From NCBI GenBank assembly GCA_022647725.1, contig JALCLG010000001.1:66931-130930 (forward strand): a DNA stretch of 64,000 nt, written 5' to 3'. Each line of letters starts with the position of its first letter. Within the stretch, counting starts at the first letter, position 1. Below the pieces are notes generated by a model. The model saw only the letters and a list, made by a program, of their open reading frames with translations. It ran no database searches and was not told the origin of the DNA. The stretch comes from Bacilli bacterium (GTDB lineage: Bacteria; Bacillota_I; Bacilli_A; RFN20; CAG-288). The position numbers and the translations under genes are program-made. Below, piece after piece: positions 1 through 10,102 of the stretch.

Positions 1-41
1 GCCACATAGATTTTTGAATTTTTAAATCCGTTAATTTTCAT
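1..41 (-). CDS. 5' end of an unidentified gene that leaves the window
   Basis: ATG at 41-39 on the minus strand with a purine-rich SD-like AGAGAGGAAAAAC just upstream. Only 13 codons (MKINGFKNSKIYV) are visible. Confidence 0.3.
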   Translation of the reverse strand, partial: MKINGFKNSKIYV

Positions 42-245
42 GTTTTTCCTCTCTTTGTGAAAAGATTTTTAATATAAGCAACTTTTATAGATTCATAAGG
101 GCTTTTAATGGATTTTATAGAAAGTCCTTTGAGCTTGGAAGAAACAAAGCAAAATTCTTTTTCGCTCTTATTATTTTACCACAGGAAGGCTATAACGGAC
201 TGGTAATCTATGATAAAATAGACGAAGGAAAAAGAGGACTTTTCT

Positions 246-983
246 ATGAACAATACGGATGCCAAAAAAGCTGTTTTCTTTGACTGCTGGGGTACCGTGA
301 TGGCATTCCACACCAAAGAAGATGACTGGAATACCCGACCCTTGAAAAACCATTGCCTGAATTCTGGCCATGTGGACTGGGCCAAAGTCGATCAATTCGG
401 CAAAGATTTTCTTGACCAGTATTATGAAAACAACCACGCTTATGAGATTACGGCAGCTGCCTATCTTCGTCTTATCACCAAGCTCTTTGACATTGCCCTT
501 GACTGCCCTCCGGAAGTCTGTGCCAAGGAAATTCTTTCCTTCCTCGATCCCAAACCCATTTCCGGCATTGAGCGTTTCCTGACATATTTGGATGACCATC
601 ACATCTATTACGCCATTCTTTCCAATACTATTTACACCGAAGAAGAGACCAAGAAGATTCTGAATCAGCAGTTCCCGGGAAATCATTTTGGGTATTTCTT
701 TGCTTCCAGCGATATCGGAGTGAAGAAACCCAACCCGCTTTTCTTCCAGGCTTCCATCAAGGATTCTGGACATGCTATTCAGGATTCCTATTATATCGGA
801 GACTCTCCGATCGAAGATGTCTATGGTTCATTCAAGGCCGGGTTCAAGAAATCCGTTTGGATCAATTCCCGGCAGTTATCGATGGAAGATTACCATAAGT
901 TTTTCAATCCGGATGAGATCGGCTATCTAGAAGCCGATTCCTATGATGGCATTATCCAGGCCTTTGAAAAAGGTCTGCTTTAG
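246..983 (+). CDS. HAD-superfamily hydrolase, haloacid-dehalogenase-like subtype
   Basis: 245-aa ORF. Motif I variant FFDCWGT (DxYGT-like), LSNT, KKPNP and YIGDSPIEDV motifs. About half identical by eye to the ORF at 39831-40577. Confidence 0.8.
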   Translation: MNNTDAKKAVFFDCWGTVMAFHTKEDDWNTRPLKNHCLNSGHVDWAKVDQFGKDFLDQYYENNHAYEITAAAYLRLITKLFDIALDCPPEVCAKEILSFLDPKPISGIERFLTYLDDHHIYYAILSNTIYTEEETKKILNQQFPGNHFGYFFASSDIGVKKPNPLFFQASIKDSGHAIQDSYYIGDSPIEDVYGSFKAGFKKSVWINSRQLSMEDYHKFFNPDEIGYLEADSYDGIIQAFEKGLL

Positions 984-995
984 AAAGGAGCACGT

Positions 996-2402
996 ATGAT
1001 TCAATTTGGAACAGGTGGATTCCGAGGCATCATTGCCGATGACTTCTGCAAAACAACCGTCAAGCTGATCACCCAGGCGGTTGCCAACATCATTCATCAG
1101 GAAGGCAGTGAGAAAATCGTTTATGTTGGATATGACTTCCGTTTTGCTTCCGATGAAGCGGCCATTTGGATCAGCAATACCCTGGCAGCCAACGGAATCC
1201 ATGTCGTGCTTTCCGACCAGCCGACCCCGACGCCGACCGTCATGAGTGCCTGCAAAGCCCATCATGCCGATTTCGGTTTCATGGTGACTGCTTCCCATAA
1301 TCCGTACTGGTATAACGGCGTCAAGCTTTTTCAGAAAGACGGCATGGATGCTGATGTCGTTCTGACGACCCGGCTGGAGAAGGAGATTGCCTCTCTCAGT
1401 TCGTTCAAGACCATGGATTTTGCTGAAGCCAAGGAAAAGAAGCTGATTGTCCTAGAAAATATCCTGGACCCCTACCTTGCCAACATTCTGACCTTCCTGA
1501 AACCATCAACCCCGAAGAAGCAGATTCACCTTCTGTTGGATCCGATTCACGGAACGGGGGCGGTGACGCTGAAGCGTCTTTGCCAATCCATGGGCATTAA
1601 GAATACTGACATTCTCCATGAAAGCCATGATGCTTTCTTCGGATATCGGATTCCTAACCCGATTAAAGCCAATATGATGGAAGATGCGGATTTAGTCCGC
1701 AACGGCCACTATGATCTCTGCATCGGAACGGATTCGGACTGCGACCGTATTGCCGTGTTGGATGAAAACGGCAATTATGTGGATGCCAACGAGATCTTAG
1801 GTGTCCTTTATTATTACCTGATCCGTTACCGCGGTGAGAAGGGCGATATCATCAAGAACCTGGCAACCTCCAACCTGATCGATGCCTTAGCCAAGAAACT
1901 CGGATACCAGTGCCATGAAGTCGATGTTGGCTTCAAGAACATTTCCCAGGGAATGAAAGACTATGATGCGCTCTTAGGCGGGGAAAGTTCCGGCGGTCTG
2001 ACAATGCGCGGCTACCTCTTTGGCAAGGATTCCACTTTCGCCTCAGCTCTATTCTTGGAAATGATTGAGCAAATTGGTAAACCCGTCAGTGCCATTCTTA
2101 ACGAAATGAAAGAATTTGCCTGTTTTCATCAGATCATTCAGGAAGATTCTGTTATCTTTAAGGACCGCACCAAAGTCTTTGACTATGCCAAGACCCATCT
2201 TCCGGCATTTCCGCAGTCCGGAGTCACCCGGAAGCCAATCACCAATAATTTCAAGTATTACTTTGCCAATGGTGACTGGGCCCTGCTCCGCTTTTCCGGA
2301 ACCGAACCTTTAGTCCGGCTCTTTGCCGAAACTGCTTCTGAGGCCGATGGCAAAGAAGATATTCAGGCAATCCGTCAAATGATTCTTGAGGCTGAGAAAT
2401 AG
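996..2402 (+). CDS. phosphoglucomutase/phosphomannomutase-family phosphohexomutase
   Basis: 468 aa. Catalytic Ser loop TASHNP, metal site GTDSDCDR, sugar loop GGESSGG. AAAGGAG SD upstream. Confidence 0.9.
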   Translation: MIQFGTGGFRGIIADDFCKTTVKLITQAVANIIHQEGSEKIVYVGYDFRFASDEAAIWISNTLAANGIHVVLSDQPTPTPTVMSACKAHHADFGFMVTASHNPYWYNGVKLFQKDGMDADVVLTTRLEKEIASLSSFKTMDFAEAKEKKLIVLENILDPYLANILTFLKPSTPKKQIHLLLDPIHGTGAVTLKRLCQSMGIKNTDILHESHDAFFGYRIPNPIKANMMEDADLVRNGHYDLCIGTDSDCDRIAVLDENGNYVDANEILGVLYYYLIRYRGEKGDIIKNLATSNLIDALAKKLGYQCHEVDVGFKNISQGMKDYDALLGGESSGGLTMRGYLFGKDSTFASALFLEMIEQIGKPVSAILNEMKEFACFHQIIQEDSVIFKDRTKVFDYAKTHLPAFPQSGVTRKPITNNFKYYFANGDWALLRFSGTEPLVRLFAETASEADGKEDIQAIRQMILEAEK

Positions 2403-2404
2403 CT

Positions 2405-3235
2405 ATGGAGTTTCGCATCCCGAAAGAAAGTCTCGCCACCGTCAAAGCCTTCTTCTCTGATATCGATGGAACCTTGATTGACAACCATAGTCAGCTCCAT
2501 GACACTACCCGACAGGCCATTGCTTCCTTGAAGCTGCCTTTTTCCTTGGTCAGTGGCCGCAGCGGCCGTGGACTGAAGAAATTCTATGACCTGCTTTCCC
2601 TGACGACGCCGATGCTGACTCTGAACGGCGCCATCATCCTCCAAGACGGCAAAGTCTTGTATTCCGACTATCTTCCACAGTCGGATGTCCGGGATATCCT
2701 GACCCTGCTTTGGAAAAAGTATGGTGACGCCATCTCTTTGGAGACCTATGATGCTACTCGCTGGTATGCCAATACCCTGGCGAATCCTTATCTGAAGTAT
2801 GAGGCCAAAGTATTGGGTTTCAATCCCGATGTTGTTTTCGCTGATCCCAATGAGATTTCCTCGCTGCCGATGGCAAAGATCATGGCCATCGGTGAAAGTT
2901 CAGCCTGTGACGCCATCGAAAAAGACCTTGCTCCGTTCAAAGAACGGTTGCAGGTCATCCGCAATCACGATACCTATATTGAGATATTCACCCAGACCGC
3001 TTCCAAAGGCAATGCCATTCGCAAAGCCAGTGAAATCCTGAAAGTCCCGCTGGAGCAGACCCTCTGTGCCGGCGATTCTCCCATTGATCTGTCCATGTTT
3101 CTGACCTGTCCGTTCCGGGTAGCCGTCCGTAACGCCGACCCGATTATCAAGGCTCATGCCAACATCATCACGGAATCCAATGATGAGGATGGCATTGCCA
3201 AGATCATCGAAGCTATCTTGGAAGCCCGTCATTAA
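2405..3235 (+). CDS. Cof-type HAD-IIB phosphatase
   Basis: 276 aa. Motif I FSDIDGTLI, motif IV CAGDSPIDLSMF. Starts 3 nt after the preceding stop. Confidence 0.85.
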   Translation: MEFRIPKESLATVKAFFSDIDGTLIDNHSQLHDTTRQAIASLKLPFSLVSGRSGRGLKKFYDLLSLTTPMLTLNGAIILQDGKVLYSDYLPQSDVRDILTLLWKKYGDAISLETYDATRWYANTLANPYLKYEAKVLGFNPDVVFADPNEISSLPMAKIMAIGESSACDAIEKDLAPFKERLQVIRNHDTYIEIFTQTASKGNAIRKASEILKVPLEQTLCAGDSPIDLSMFLTCPFRVAVRNADPIIKAHANIITESNDEDGIAKIIEAILEARH

Positions 3236-3247
3236 GCCAATCCTTAG

Positions 3248-3280
3248 GCCCTGAGCTGTTCCGGCTCAGGGCTTTTTATT
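3248..3280 (+). terminator. intrinsic terminator after the HAD/PGM/Cof cluster
   Basis: GCCCTGAGC / GCTCAGGGC 9-bp stem followed by TTTTTATTT. Confidence 0.8.
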
Positions 3281-3439
3281 TATCGTAAAAAAGTAAGCGC
3301 TTATTTAAGGAAGCCGTTTTGAAATGAAAGATTGAAAACAACGACAACAATCGAAAGTTTTTATTTAAATCGGAAAGGCTATTGCGGTATACTAGTAGCA
3401 GTGATGTGAAACGCTTACAAACAAAAGGAGGAAGAAAAG

Positions 3440-5497
3440 ATGAGCAATTCACCCGAAACCATCCGTAACATTGCTATCGTCGGCCATCAGGGAAGCGGCA
3501 AGACCAGTCTTGTGGAGTCCTTATGTTTTAAGTCCGGGTTGATTAAAGAGAAGGGTTCCGTCGAAAAAGGAACGACTCTCTCCGACTACCTGCCGGAAGA
3601 GAAGAAGAAGCAGATTTCCCTCTCCAGTTCCATTATCCCGATCACCTACCATGACTATAAGCTGAATCTGATCGATCTTCCTGGCAACGATGATTTCATT
3701 GATGAGACCATCGGCATTACCCGTCTGATCAAAGGTGCTGTCCTGGTGATTGATGCCGGCAAAGGCGTGCAGATCGGCACCATCAAGAATTTCAATCTTC
3801 TGAAGAAGCGTGGCGTCCCGATCTTCATCTTCGTCAACAAGATGGATAAGGATAACATCGACTTCGCTGCCCTCTTAAATGAGATTGAGACCAAGCTGGA
3901 TCCGAAGAAATGCGTACCTTTCTCCTATCCGTTAGGCCGCAAAGAGAACTTCGATGGCTTTGTCAATGTCGTGGAGCTCAAAGCCCGGAAATACAATGGC
4001 GTCACCTGTGAGGATGATGTCATCTATGAAGACAAGAAGCCGCTGATCTTTGCTCTGCATAACCGTCTCTGTGAAGCCGTCGCCACCACCAATGATGAGA
4101 TGCTGGAGAAGTTCTTCTCCGGAACCCCCTTAACCAATGAAGAAATCAAGAAGGGTCTTCGGGAAGGCGTCCTCAAAGGTGAGCTGTATCCGGTCCTGGT
4201 GGGTTCAGCCCTCAAGGATATCGGCATCAACACCTTGCTGGAGATGATGATTGATTATCTGCCTTCGCCGATGGATCTGAAGCCGGTCAAGGCAACGGAT
4301 GACAAAGGCAACGAAGTCGACATCAAGACGGATCTGGCTTTGCCGGTTACCGCCCAGGTCTTCAAGAATTACTATAACCCGTATCAGGGTCTGGTCTCGA
4401 TCTTCAAGGTTCAGTCCGGAACCATCCATTTCGGTCAGGAACTCCTTTGCCCCAACAACCAGCGCCTTTATAAGGTGACCTCCCTCTTCCAGGTGCAGGG
4501 TGAGAAGCTCGTTCCGGTTCAGGAAGTCGGTGCCGGCGATATCGGTGCCATCACCAAGCAGGAAGAAATCCATCTCTCCTATACCCTTTGCGACAAGGAT
4601 AATCCGGTGACCTTCAAGATGGTCAATTATCCGACGCCGGTCTATTTCAAAGGCATTGTTCCGACGACCAAGAAAGATTCCGATAAGCTCTTCCCGGCCA
4701 TCGCCAAGATGGCTTTGGAAAATCCGACCATCACGCTCCGCAAGGAAGAGACGACGGATCAGATTCTCTTAGGCGGTCTCTCCACGACGCACTTAAGCTA
4801 CGTCATGGAAAAGCTCGTCAATGACTATGGCATTTCCTTCACCACCGAACCGATGAAGGTCTCCTATCGTGAGACCATCACCCGGGCTGCCACGGCCGAA
4901 GGCCGTTACATCAAGCAGACCGGCGGATCGGGTTACTATGGCGTCGTCACCATGGAGTTTGCGCCGGCAGAGCAGACCTCGTTTGAATCCCAGGTCTTCG
5001 GCGGCCACATCGACAAATCGTATTATCCGGCCGTGGAGAAGGGCTTCATGGATGCCTTGCAGAAAGGCGGCCTGGTCCAGGCTCCGGTCATCAATGTCCA
5101 CGCCATCTTAAAGGATGGCAAGCAGCATTCCGTCGATTCCAACGAAATGGCCTTCAAGAATGCCGCGGCCTTAGCCTTCAAGGAAGCTTATCCGAACTGC
5201 GGTCCGGTCTTACTGGAACCGTACAACCGTCTGATCGTCAATGTCCCCAGCGAGTATCTGGGTCCGGTCTTAAGCGATCTCACCAAACGCCGGGGCAAGA
5301 TTCTTTCCACCGATGAAGCCAGCGGCGGCAATCTCGATGTCACGGCCATCGTCCCGCAGGGCGAAATCCTCGAGTATGCCAATGAGCTGAAATCCATCTC
5401 CAAGGGCACGGCTTTCTTCAATATGACCTTCGAAGATTATGAGGAGATGCCGAAAGCCTTGGCTGACCGGGTCGTGCAGGAACATCAGGTCCATTAA
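3440..5497 (+). CDS. EF-G2-like translational GTPase (elongation factor G paralog)
   Basis: 685 aa. G1 GHQGSGKT, G3 DLPGNDDF, G4 NKMD. Full EF-G domain length. AAAGGAGGAAG SD upstream. Confidence 0.85.
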   Translation: MSNSPETIRNIAIVGHQGSGKTSLVESLCFKSGLIKEKGSVEKGTTLSDYLPEEKKKQISLSSSIIPITYHDYKLNLIDLPGNDDFIDETIGITRLIKGAVLVIDAGKGVQIGTIKNFNLLKKRGVPIFIFVNKMDKDNIDFAALLNEIETKLDPKKCVPFSYPLGRKENFDGFVNVVELKARKYNGVTCEDDVIYEDKKPLIFALHNRLCEAVATTNDEMLEKFFSGTPLTNEEIKKGLREGVLKGELYPVLVGSALKDIGINTLLEMMIDYLPSPMDLKPVKATDDKGNEVDIKTDLALPVTAQVFKNYYNPYQGLVSIFKVQSGTIHFGQELLCPNNQRLYKVTSLFQVQGEKLVPVQEVGAGDIGAITKQEEIHLSYTLCDKDNPVTFKMVNYPTPVYFKGIVPTTKKDSDKLFPAIAKMALENPTITLRKEETTDQILLGGLSTTHLSYVMEKLVNDYGISFTTEPMKVSYRETITRAATAEGRYIKQTGGSGYYGVVTMEFAPAEQTSFESQVFGGHIDKSYYPAVEKGFMDALQKGGLVQAPVINVHAILKDGKQHSVDSNEMAFKNAAALAFKEAYPNCGPVLLEPYNRLIVNVPSEYLGPVLSDLTKRRGKILSTDEASGGNLDVTAIVPQGEILEYANELKSISKGTAFFNMTFEDYEEMPKALADRVVQEHQVH

Positions 5498-5506
5498 GGA
5501 ACGTCA

Positions 5507-5540
5507 GGGAGCCGCCCCCAGCGGCTCCCTTTCTTTTCCT
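5507..5540 (+). terminator. intrinsic terminator after the EF-G2-like gene
   Basis: GGGAGCCGC / GCGGCTCCC stem, CCCCA loop, TTTCTTTTCC tail. Confidence 0.8.
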
Positions 5541-5568
5541 TTGATATGGCGACGGAAAAACGTATAAT
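5541..5568 (+). promoter_or_regulatory. sigma-A-type promoter for the OST-HTH/DUF3825-like gene
   Basis: TTGATA (5541-5546), 16-nt spacer, TATAAT (5563-5568). Confidence 0.55.
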
Positions 5569-5601
5569 AAGAGCTGTTCAAAGAAAGGACAAGACACCAT
5601 A

Positions 5602-7656
5602 ATGCTGACTCGTCAAAACAAATTAGCTATTTATGGTCTCTTGAGTCAAAGCTTCCAAAAGAACAGCGAGTACCCCTTAGCTAAGGTCGCTCTTTATCTA
5701 AAAGACCAGGGACTCAATTACGAGGAATACGGTTATCCCAAGATGAAGTCGCTCTTAGGCGACTTGAAAGAATTCCTCACGCTGGTAACGCACGACTCAG
5801 AAGATCATAAACGTCGGAACGAATTCGTTGTTTTTCATGATTATAAGGAAAATGCCGGCTCTTTTCAGCCGGCCATGTCGCAGCCTCATCCGCAGCAGAC
5901 TCATTCTCAGCCGGCTCCGGTGAATAATGTCACCGTAAGCCATTCGTCGCAGCCGTCTCATAACGGCCAGAAGACTGTCAGCAAAGCGGACCAGGAGAAG
6001 ATTTACGGACTCTTAAAGGATCATCTCGACCTCCATCAGGAAGCCCCGATGGCCAAGGTCTCCAAGATTCTCTTGGGCCATGAGGTCGACTATAAGGCGT
6101 TAGGGTTCTCCAAAATGAAGAACCTGCTTTCCGCTTTGCCGTTCATCCGCCTCCGGGAAGTCAATCTGAACGGCGTTCCCCAGGCCTTGGTCAGCGTCGT
6201 CGTCAAGAATAATAATACGAACCCGGCTCAGCCGGCCCGGCCCAACACCAACCGCCGGAATCCGCAGGCCTCCGCCCAGCGTCATAATCCGCTGCCTGCT
6301 TCCAATAACAACAAACCTCAGACCCGTCCGACTCCGAACGCGAAACCGCAGGTTTCGCATCCGGCCCCCAGCGTAAAAACAACGCCGGCTCCGACTCCGG
6401 CCCCAACCGCGCCGGCTGCCGTCCATCCGATTCCGGTCAAGGAAGATCCGGTCTTCGAAGAAATGGAGCCGAAAGACATTTCCATTCCGGAGAAGCTGAT
6501 TCTCTCCTTGAAGGAGACTACCGGCTTAGGCCTCGATAACGGATCCTTCACGGATCTCATCATCGAAGATCTCAACAGTGCCATCAAGAGCAATACCTTG
6601 GTATCCCGGGAGGATGCCTTCCTCTTTCCGCTGTCGCTGAAGACCAAGACCGGCGAACGGCTTTTGGGTTCCTTCAAAGAGGCTGCCCATGGCTGCAGCT
6701 ATGGCTACTACATCAACTTCATCGGCACCGACAAGGAAAAGCCTCGCGATATCCTGAAGAGTCAGATTCATTTCGATGATTATGATGCCGCCGTCAAATC
6801 CTTGGCCGACTTAGCCAAGAAGGAGAGCTGGGGCTATCTGCATTCGAAGGATCCTTACATCATTCTGAAGATCTACCTGCAGTATACCTACTACCGGATT
6901 GCCTCCCAGAATAAGGTGATGGTCGATGAACAAAGCGGCTTCGCGTCGTTCAATACCGGACTGGTCACTCCCAACTATGACGACATCTACTGTGTCCTTT
7001 TGAAGAACAAGGATGCCTCCATTGACGAGACCTATCTTTTCCAGGGCTTCACCGTCAGTGGCAGCCAAGGATTCGGTAAGGTTATTGTTGAGCATTTCTC
7101 ACCGCTTCCGGAAAAAGCAACTTATATTGAAAAGCCGGAAGATATTTACTTTGATACCACTAAGCCTATCCATACCGACTATAACCACATCATCAGCGAC
7201 AACCTCTCCCGCTTCCCGCTGGATTTCCTGAAGACGCTGATTGTCTCCTTCCCGGATGAGAACAAGCTGCTCACCCAGATTGAGAAGACCAACAACGACT
7301 ATGCCCGCGACCGTCTCTTCACCAAACTGGAAGACGATGTCATCAAGAACAGTACCCTCTTCACGATTCTGAAGGCCTGCTTCGACAGCGCCGTCGAAAC
7401 CTCCCTGAAGATGGCTCGCTATGATTTTAGGACGGTTCTTCCTTCCTTCTTCCCGACCCGCAACGTCATGTCGATGATGCTGCCTCTGGTCTTTGACAAG
7501 TCCAAAGGTCCGCAGGCCGTGCTTTTGGTGGAGCTGACCCCCAGCGGCAACTACCAGGGACAGACGATTCTGACCCTGAAGCAGTGCTATGCCAATGCCC
7601 GGATCATCGCCCCGGTCGAAAACACCTTCCTCCGCGCGGAGGACATCGAGGACTAG
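5602..7656 (+). CDS. protein with two OST-HTH/LOTUS-like N-terminal repeats, a Pro/Gln-rich linker and a DUF3825-like C-terminal domain
   Basis: 684 aa. Internal repeat: KLAIYGLL...YPLAKVALYLKDQGLNYEEYGYPKMKSLLGDL matches EKIYGLLKD...APMAKVSKILLGHEVDYKALGFSKMKNLLSAL. Residues ~200-265 are P/A/Q/N-rich. The domain names come from memory of Pfam families, not from a search. Confidence 0.7.
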   Translation: MLTRQNKLAIYGLLSQSFQKNSEYPLAKVALYLKDQGLNYEEYGYPKMKSLLGDLKEFLTLVTHDSEDHKRRNEFVVFHDYKENAGSFQPAMSQPHPQQTHSQPAPVNNVTVSHSSQPSHNGQKTVSKADQEKIYGLLKDHLDLHQEAPMAKVSKILLGHEVDYKALGFSKMKNLLSALPFIRLREVNLNGVPQALVSVVVKNNNTNPAQPARPNTNRRNPQASAQRHNPLPASNNNKPQTRPTPNAKPQVSHPAPSVKTTPAPTPAPTAPAAVHPIPVKEDPVFEEMEPKDISIPEKLILSLKETTGLGLDNGSFTDLIIEDLNSAIKSNTLVSREDAFLFPLSLKTKTGERLLGSFKEAAHGCSYGYYINFIGTDKEKPRDILKSQIHFDDYDAAVKSLADLAKKESWGYLHSKDPYIILKIYLQYTYYRIASQNKVMVDEQSGFASFNTGLVTPNYDDIYCVLLKNKDASIDETYLFQGFTVSGSQGFGKVIVEHFSPLPEKATYIEKPEDIYFDTTKPIHTDYNHIISDNLSRFPLDFLKTLIVSFPDENKLLTQIEKTNNDYARDRLFTKLEDDVIKNSTLFTILKACFDSAVETSLKMARYDFRTVLPSFFPTRNVMSMMLPLVFDKSKGPQAVLLVELTPSGNYQGQTILTLKQCYANARIIAPVENTFLRAEDIED

Positions 7657-7657
7657 C

Positions 7658-8140
7658 ATGGTCCTGAGAACAGCAAGGCTTCTTCTCAGGGCAGTCGATT
7701 CCGGCGATAGTGCGCTTTATGAAAGTCTCAGAAAAGATGAGTTTTCTGGGACTTTTTTTGCGGTTAGGAATCATGGGCCTCGCTCTTTTAAAGAAATCCT
7801 GGCTTTATCGGGATCCAATGCCCTTTTTTATGGAACAATCTGCTATCTTAAAAGCGGGCTCCCGCACGGATTCTTCCTGGTGGAGAAGAATCCTAGCTAT
7901 ACTCTTTTATCCTTCTTGGCCCCCAAAGACCACCAGGGCCATGGCTATTGCAAGGAAGCCTTAAGTGCTCTCTTGAAAGCCAGTCTCGACGGCCGGCCCG
8001 ACGGCCAGGTGCTGCTGTTAGTCAGTTCGAAACATCCCTGGGATTACCATCTTGGCCTGACCTTAGGCTTCCATGACCTGGATCCCGATCTGGTGACGCC
8101 GGGGAAGAAGATTCTGACCCTCTTCGGAGAGCTGGTATGA
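7658..8140 (+). CDS. GNAT-family N-acetyltransferase (RimJ/RimL-like)
   Basis: ATG at 7658, 1 nt after the upstream TAG. N-terminal TARLLLR signature and HQGHGYCKEAL loop. The ORF-track start at 7589 lies inside the upstream gene. Confidence 0.65.
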   Translation: MVLRTARLLLRAVDSGDSALYESLRKDEFSGTFFAVRNHGPRSFKEILALSGSNALFYGTICYLKSGLPHGFFLVEKNPSYTLLSFLAPKDHQGHGYCKEALSALLKASLDGRPDGQVLLLVSSKHPWDYHLGLTLGFHDLDPDLVTPGKKILTLFGELV

Positions 8141-8170
8141 AAAAAGCTGCCTCGCGGGCAGCTTCTTTCA
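8141..8170. terminator. bidirectional terminator between the GNAT gene and mnmG
   Basis: AAAAAA-GCTGCC-TCGCG-GGCAGC-TTCTTT hairpin between convergent genes. Confidence 0.7.
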
Positions 8171-10081
8171 TTTCTTAGGTTCGTCTTTCTTCAGCGTGTA
8201 ATCCTGATAGCGGACATGGAAGGAGAGACAGTCGATGTCGGCCGGATGGACGTTGGTGATGCGGCTGGCTTCGCCTAAGGTCTTCGGCCGGAAGAGATCC
8301 AGCTTTTCCCTGGCTTCCAGGGAGAGGCCATCCATATGCTTGTAGTCAATTCCCTCCGGTAAAGGCAGGGATTCATAGCTTTCACGGCGCTCACAGTCCT
8401 TCCGTTCCTGCTCAATATAGCCTTCATAGCGGACTTCCGTCTCCAGCTTGAAGGCTTGTTCGTCATCGAGTTGGGGGAGATCGGGAAGGCAGGTCTTCAG
8501 TCCCTGATAGGTGACGTTCTGGCGCTTCAGGGTCTGTTTCAGAGTCTCGTTGCCGTTGGGTTCCGGGAAGCCTAAGGACTTCAGGTAATCCCGGACAGGC
8601 GTCTTAGAGGCAATCTGCTCATGGTCCAACAACTCAATGGTCTTGGTGATGGCTTCGTTGCGGCTGTTCAGGCGGTCAAAGCGTTCCTTGGGGACCAGGC
8701 CGACATCATAGCCCTTCTTGAGAAGACGGACATCGGCATTGTCGTTGCGGGTGATAAGACGGTACTCGCTTCGGCTGGACAGCAGCCGGTACGGTTCATG
8801 GGTGCCCTTGGTGACAAGGTCATCGATCATGATGCCGATATAGGCTTCATCCCGGGCTAAGACGAGCGGCTTTCTGCCTTCGATCCAGAGGGCGGCATTG
8901 ATGCCGGCCATCAGACCTAAGGCGGCGGCTTCCTCATAGCCGGACGTGCCGGCTATCTGACCGCAGACATAGACGCCCTGATAACCTTTGACGGCCATCG
9001 TGTGATCCAGCTGACTGGGTTCGACGGCATCATATTCAATGGCATAGGCATACTTCAGGAATTCGGCATGCTCAAGTCCGGGCAGGGAATGGACCATCTC
9101 GGTCTGAACCTCCACCGGCATCGACGTCGAGAATCCCTGCAGGTAGATGGAATCGAATTCCAGGGATTCCGGCTCGAGGAAAAGCTGATGTCTCTTCTTA
9201 TCCGCAAAGCGGACAACCTTATCCTCAATCGAGGGACAGTAGCGAGGTCCGACGCCTTTAACAACTCCGCCATACATGGCGGAATCGAGGAGGTGGGCAC
9301 GGATGATCTCATGGGTGTGTTCGGTCGTATACGTCAGATAGCACTTCACCATCTCGGACTGCGGCATGAACCAGGTGGTATCGTAGCTGAAAGCATACTT
9401 GCCGCTATCGCCTAACTCGACTTCAAGATGGGAATAGTCGATGGAATCCGGTTTGATCCGCGGCGGGGTGCCGGTCTTGAGACGGAGCATGTTGAGACCG
9501 AGATTGCTGATGGTCTTGGATAAGCCATGCGAGGGTCTTTCGCCATCCGGTCCTTCATCCTTGGCCACATGGCCACGGAGAATCCTGGCTTCCATATGCG
9601 TGCCGGTAGCTAAAATAACCGCCTTGGCATGGAGATAGGTCCCATCTTCTAAAATAACGCCATCGGCCATCTTGTCTTTGACGACCAGGGCCTTGGCTTC
9701 ATGCTCGGCGATGTCGAGATTGTCGACCGTCAGCAAATAGTTCTGGACATTCCGGGGATAGCCGCGCTTATCTTCCTGCGCCCGGTAGCAGCGTACCCCA
9801 GGGCCTTTGGAGGTATTGAGAACCTTCATCTGGAGAATGGAGCCCTTCATATCGGCTAGTTTTGCCATGATGCCGCCGAGCGCATCCATCTCCCGGACGA
9901 CTATGCCTTTGGCGGAACCGCCGATGGTGGGATTGCAGGCCATATTGGAGACCATCTTGTAATTCAGGCAAAGCATCAGGGTCTTCAAACCTAAGGCCGC
10001 ACACGCATGGGCTGCCTCTACGCCGGCATGACCGCCGCCGACGACGATGACGTCATACTCCTTAGCCATCTGATTGAACAT
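8168..10081 (-). CDS. mnmG: tRNA uridine-5-carboxymethylaminomethyl synthesis enzyme MnmG (GidA)
   Basis: 637 aa. N-terminal FAD fold YDVIVVGGGHAGVEAA. Full-length collinearity with the MnmG family as I recall it. Confidence 0.95.
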   Translation of the reverse strand: MFNQMAKEYDVIVVGGGHAGVEAAHACAALGLKTLMLCLNYKMVSNMACNPTIGGSAKGIVVREMDALGGIMAKLADMKGSILQMKVLNTSKGPGVRCYRAQEDKRGYPRNVQNYLLTVDNLDIAEHEAKALVVKDKMADGVILEDGTYLHAKAVILATGTHMEARILRGHVAKDEGPDGERPSHGLSKTISNLGLNMLRLKTGTPPRIKPDSIDYSHLEVELGDSGKYAFSYDTTWFMPQSEMVKCYLTYTTEHTHEIIRAHLLDSAMYGGVVKGVGPRYCPSIEDKVVRFADKKRHQLFLEPESLEFDSIYLQGFSTSMPVEVQTEMVHSLPGLEHAEFLKYAYAIEYDAVEPSQLDHTMAVKGYQGVYVCGQIAGTSGYEEAAALGLMAGINAALWIEGRKPLVLARDEAYIGIMIDDLVTKGTHEPYRLLSSRSEYRLITRNDNADVRLLKKGYDVGLVPKERFDRLNSRNEAITKTIELLDHEQIASKTPVRDYLKSLGFPEPNGNETLKQTLKRQNVTYQGLKTCLPDLPQLDDEQAFKLETEVRYEGYIEQERKDCERRESYESLPLPEGIDYKHMDGLSLEAREKLDLFRPKTLGEASRITNVHPADIDCLSFHVRYQDYTLKKDEPKK

Positions 10082-10102
10082 AGTTCTTGGTTTCTTCTTC
10101 GG

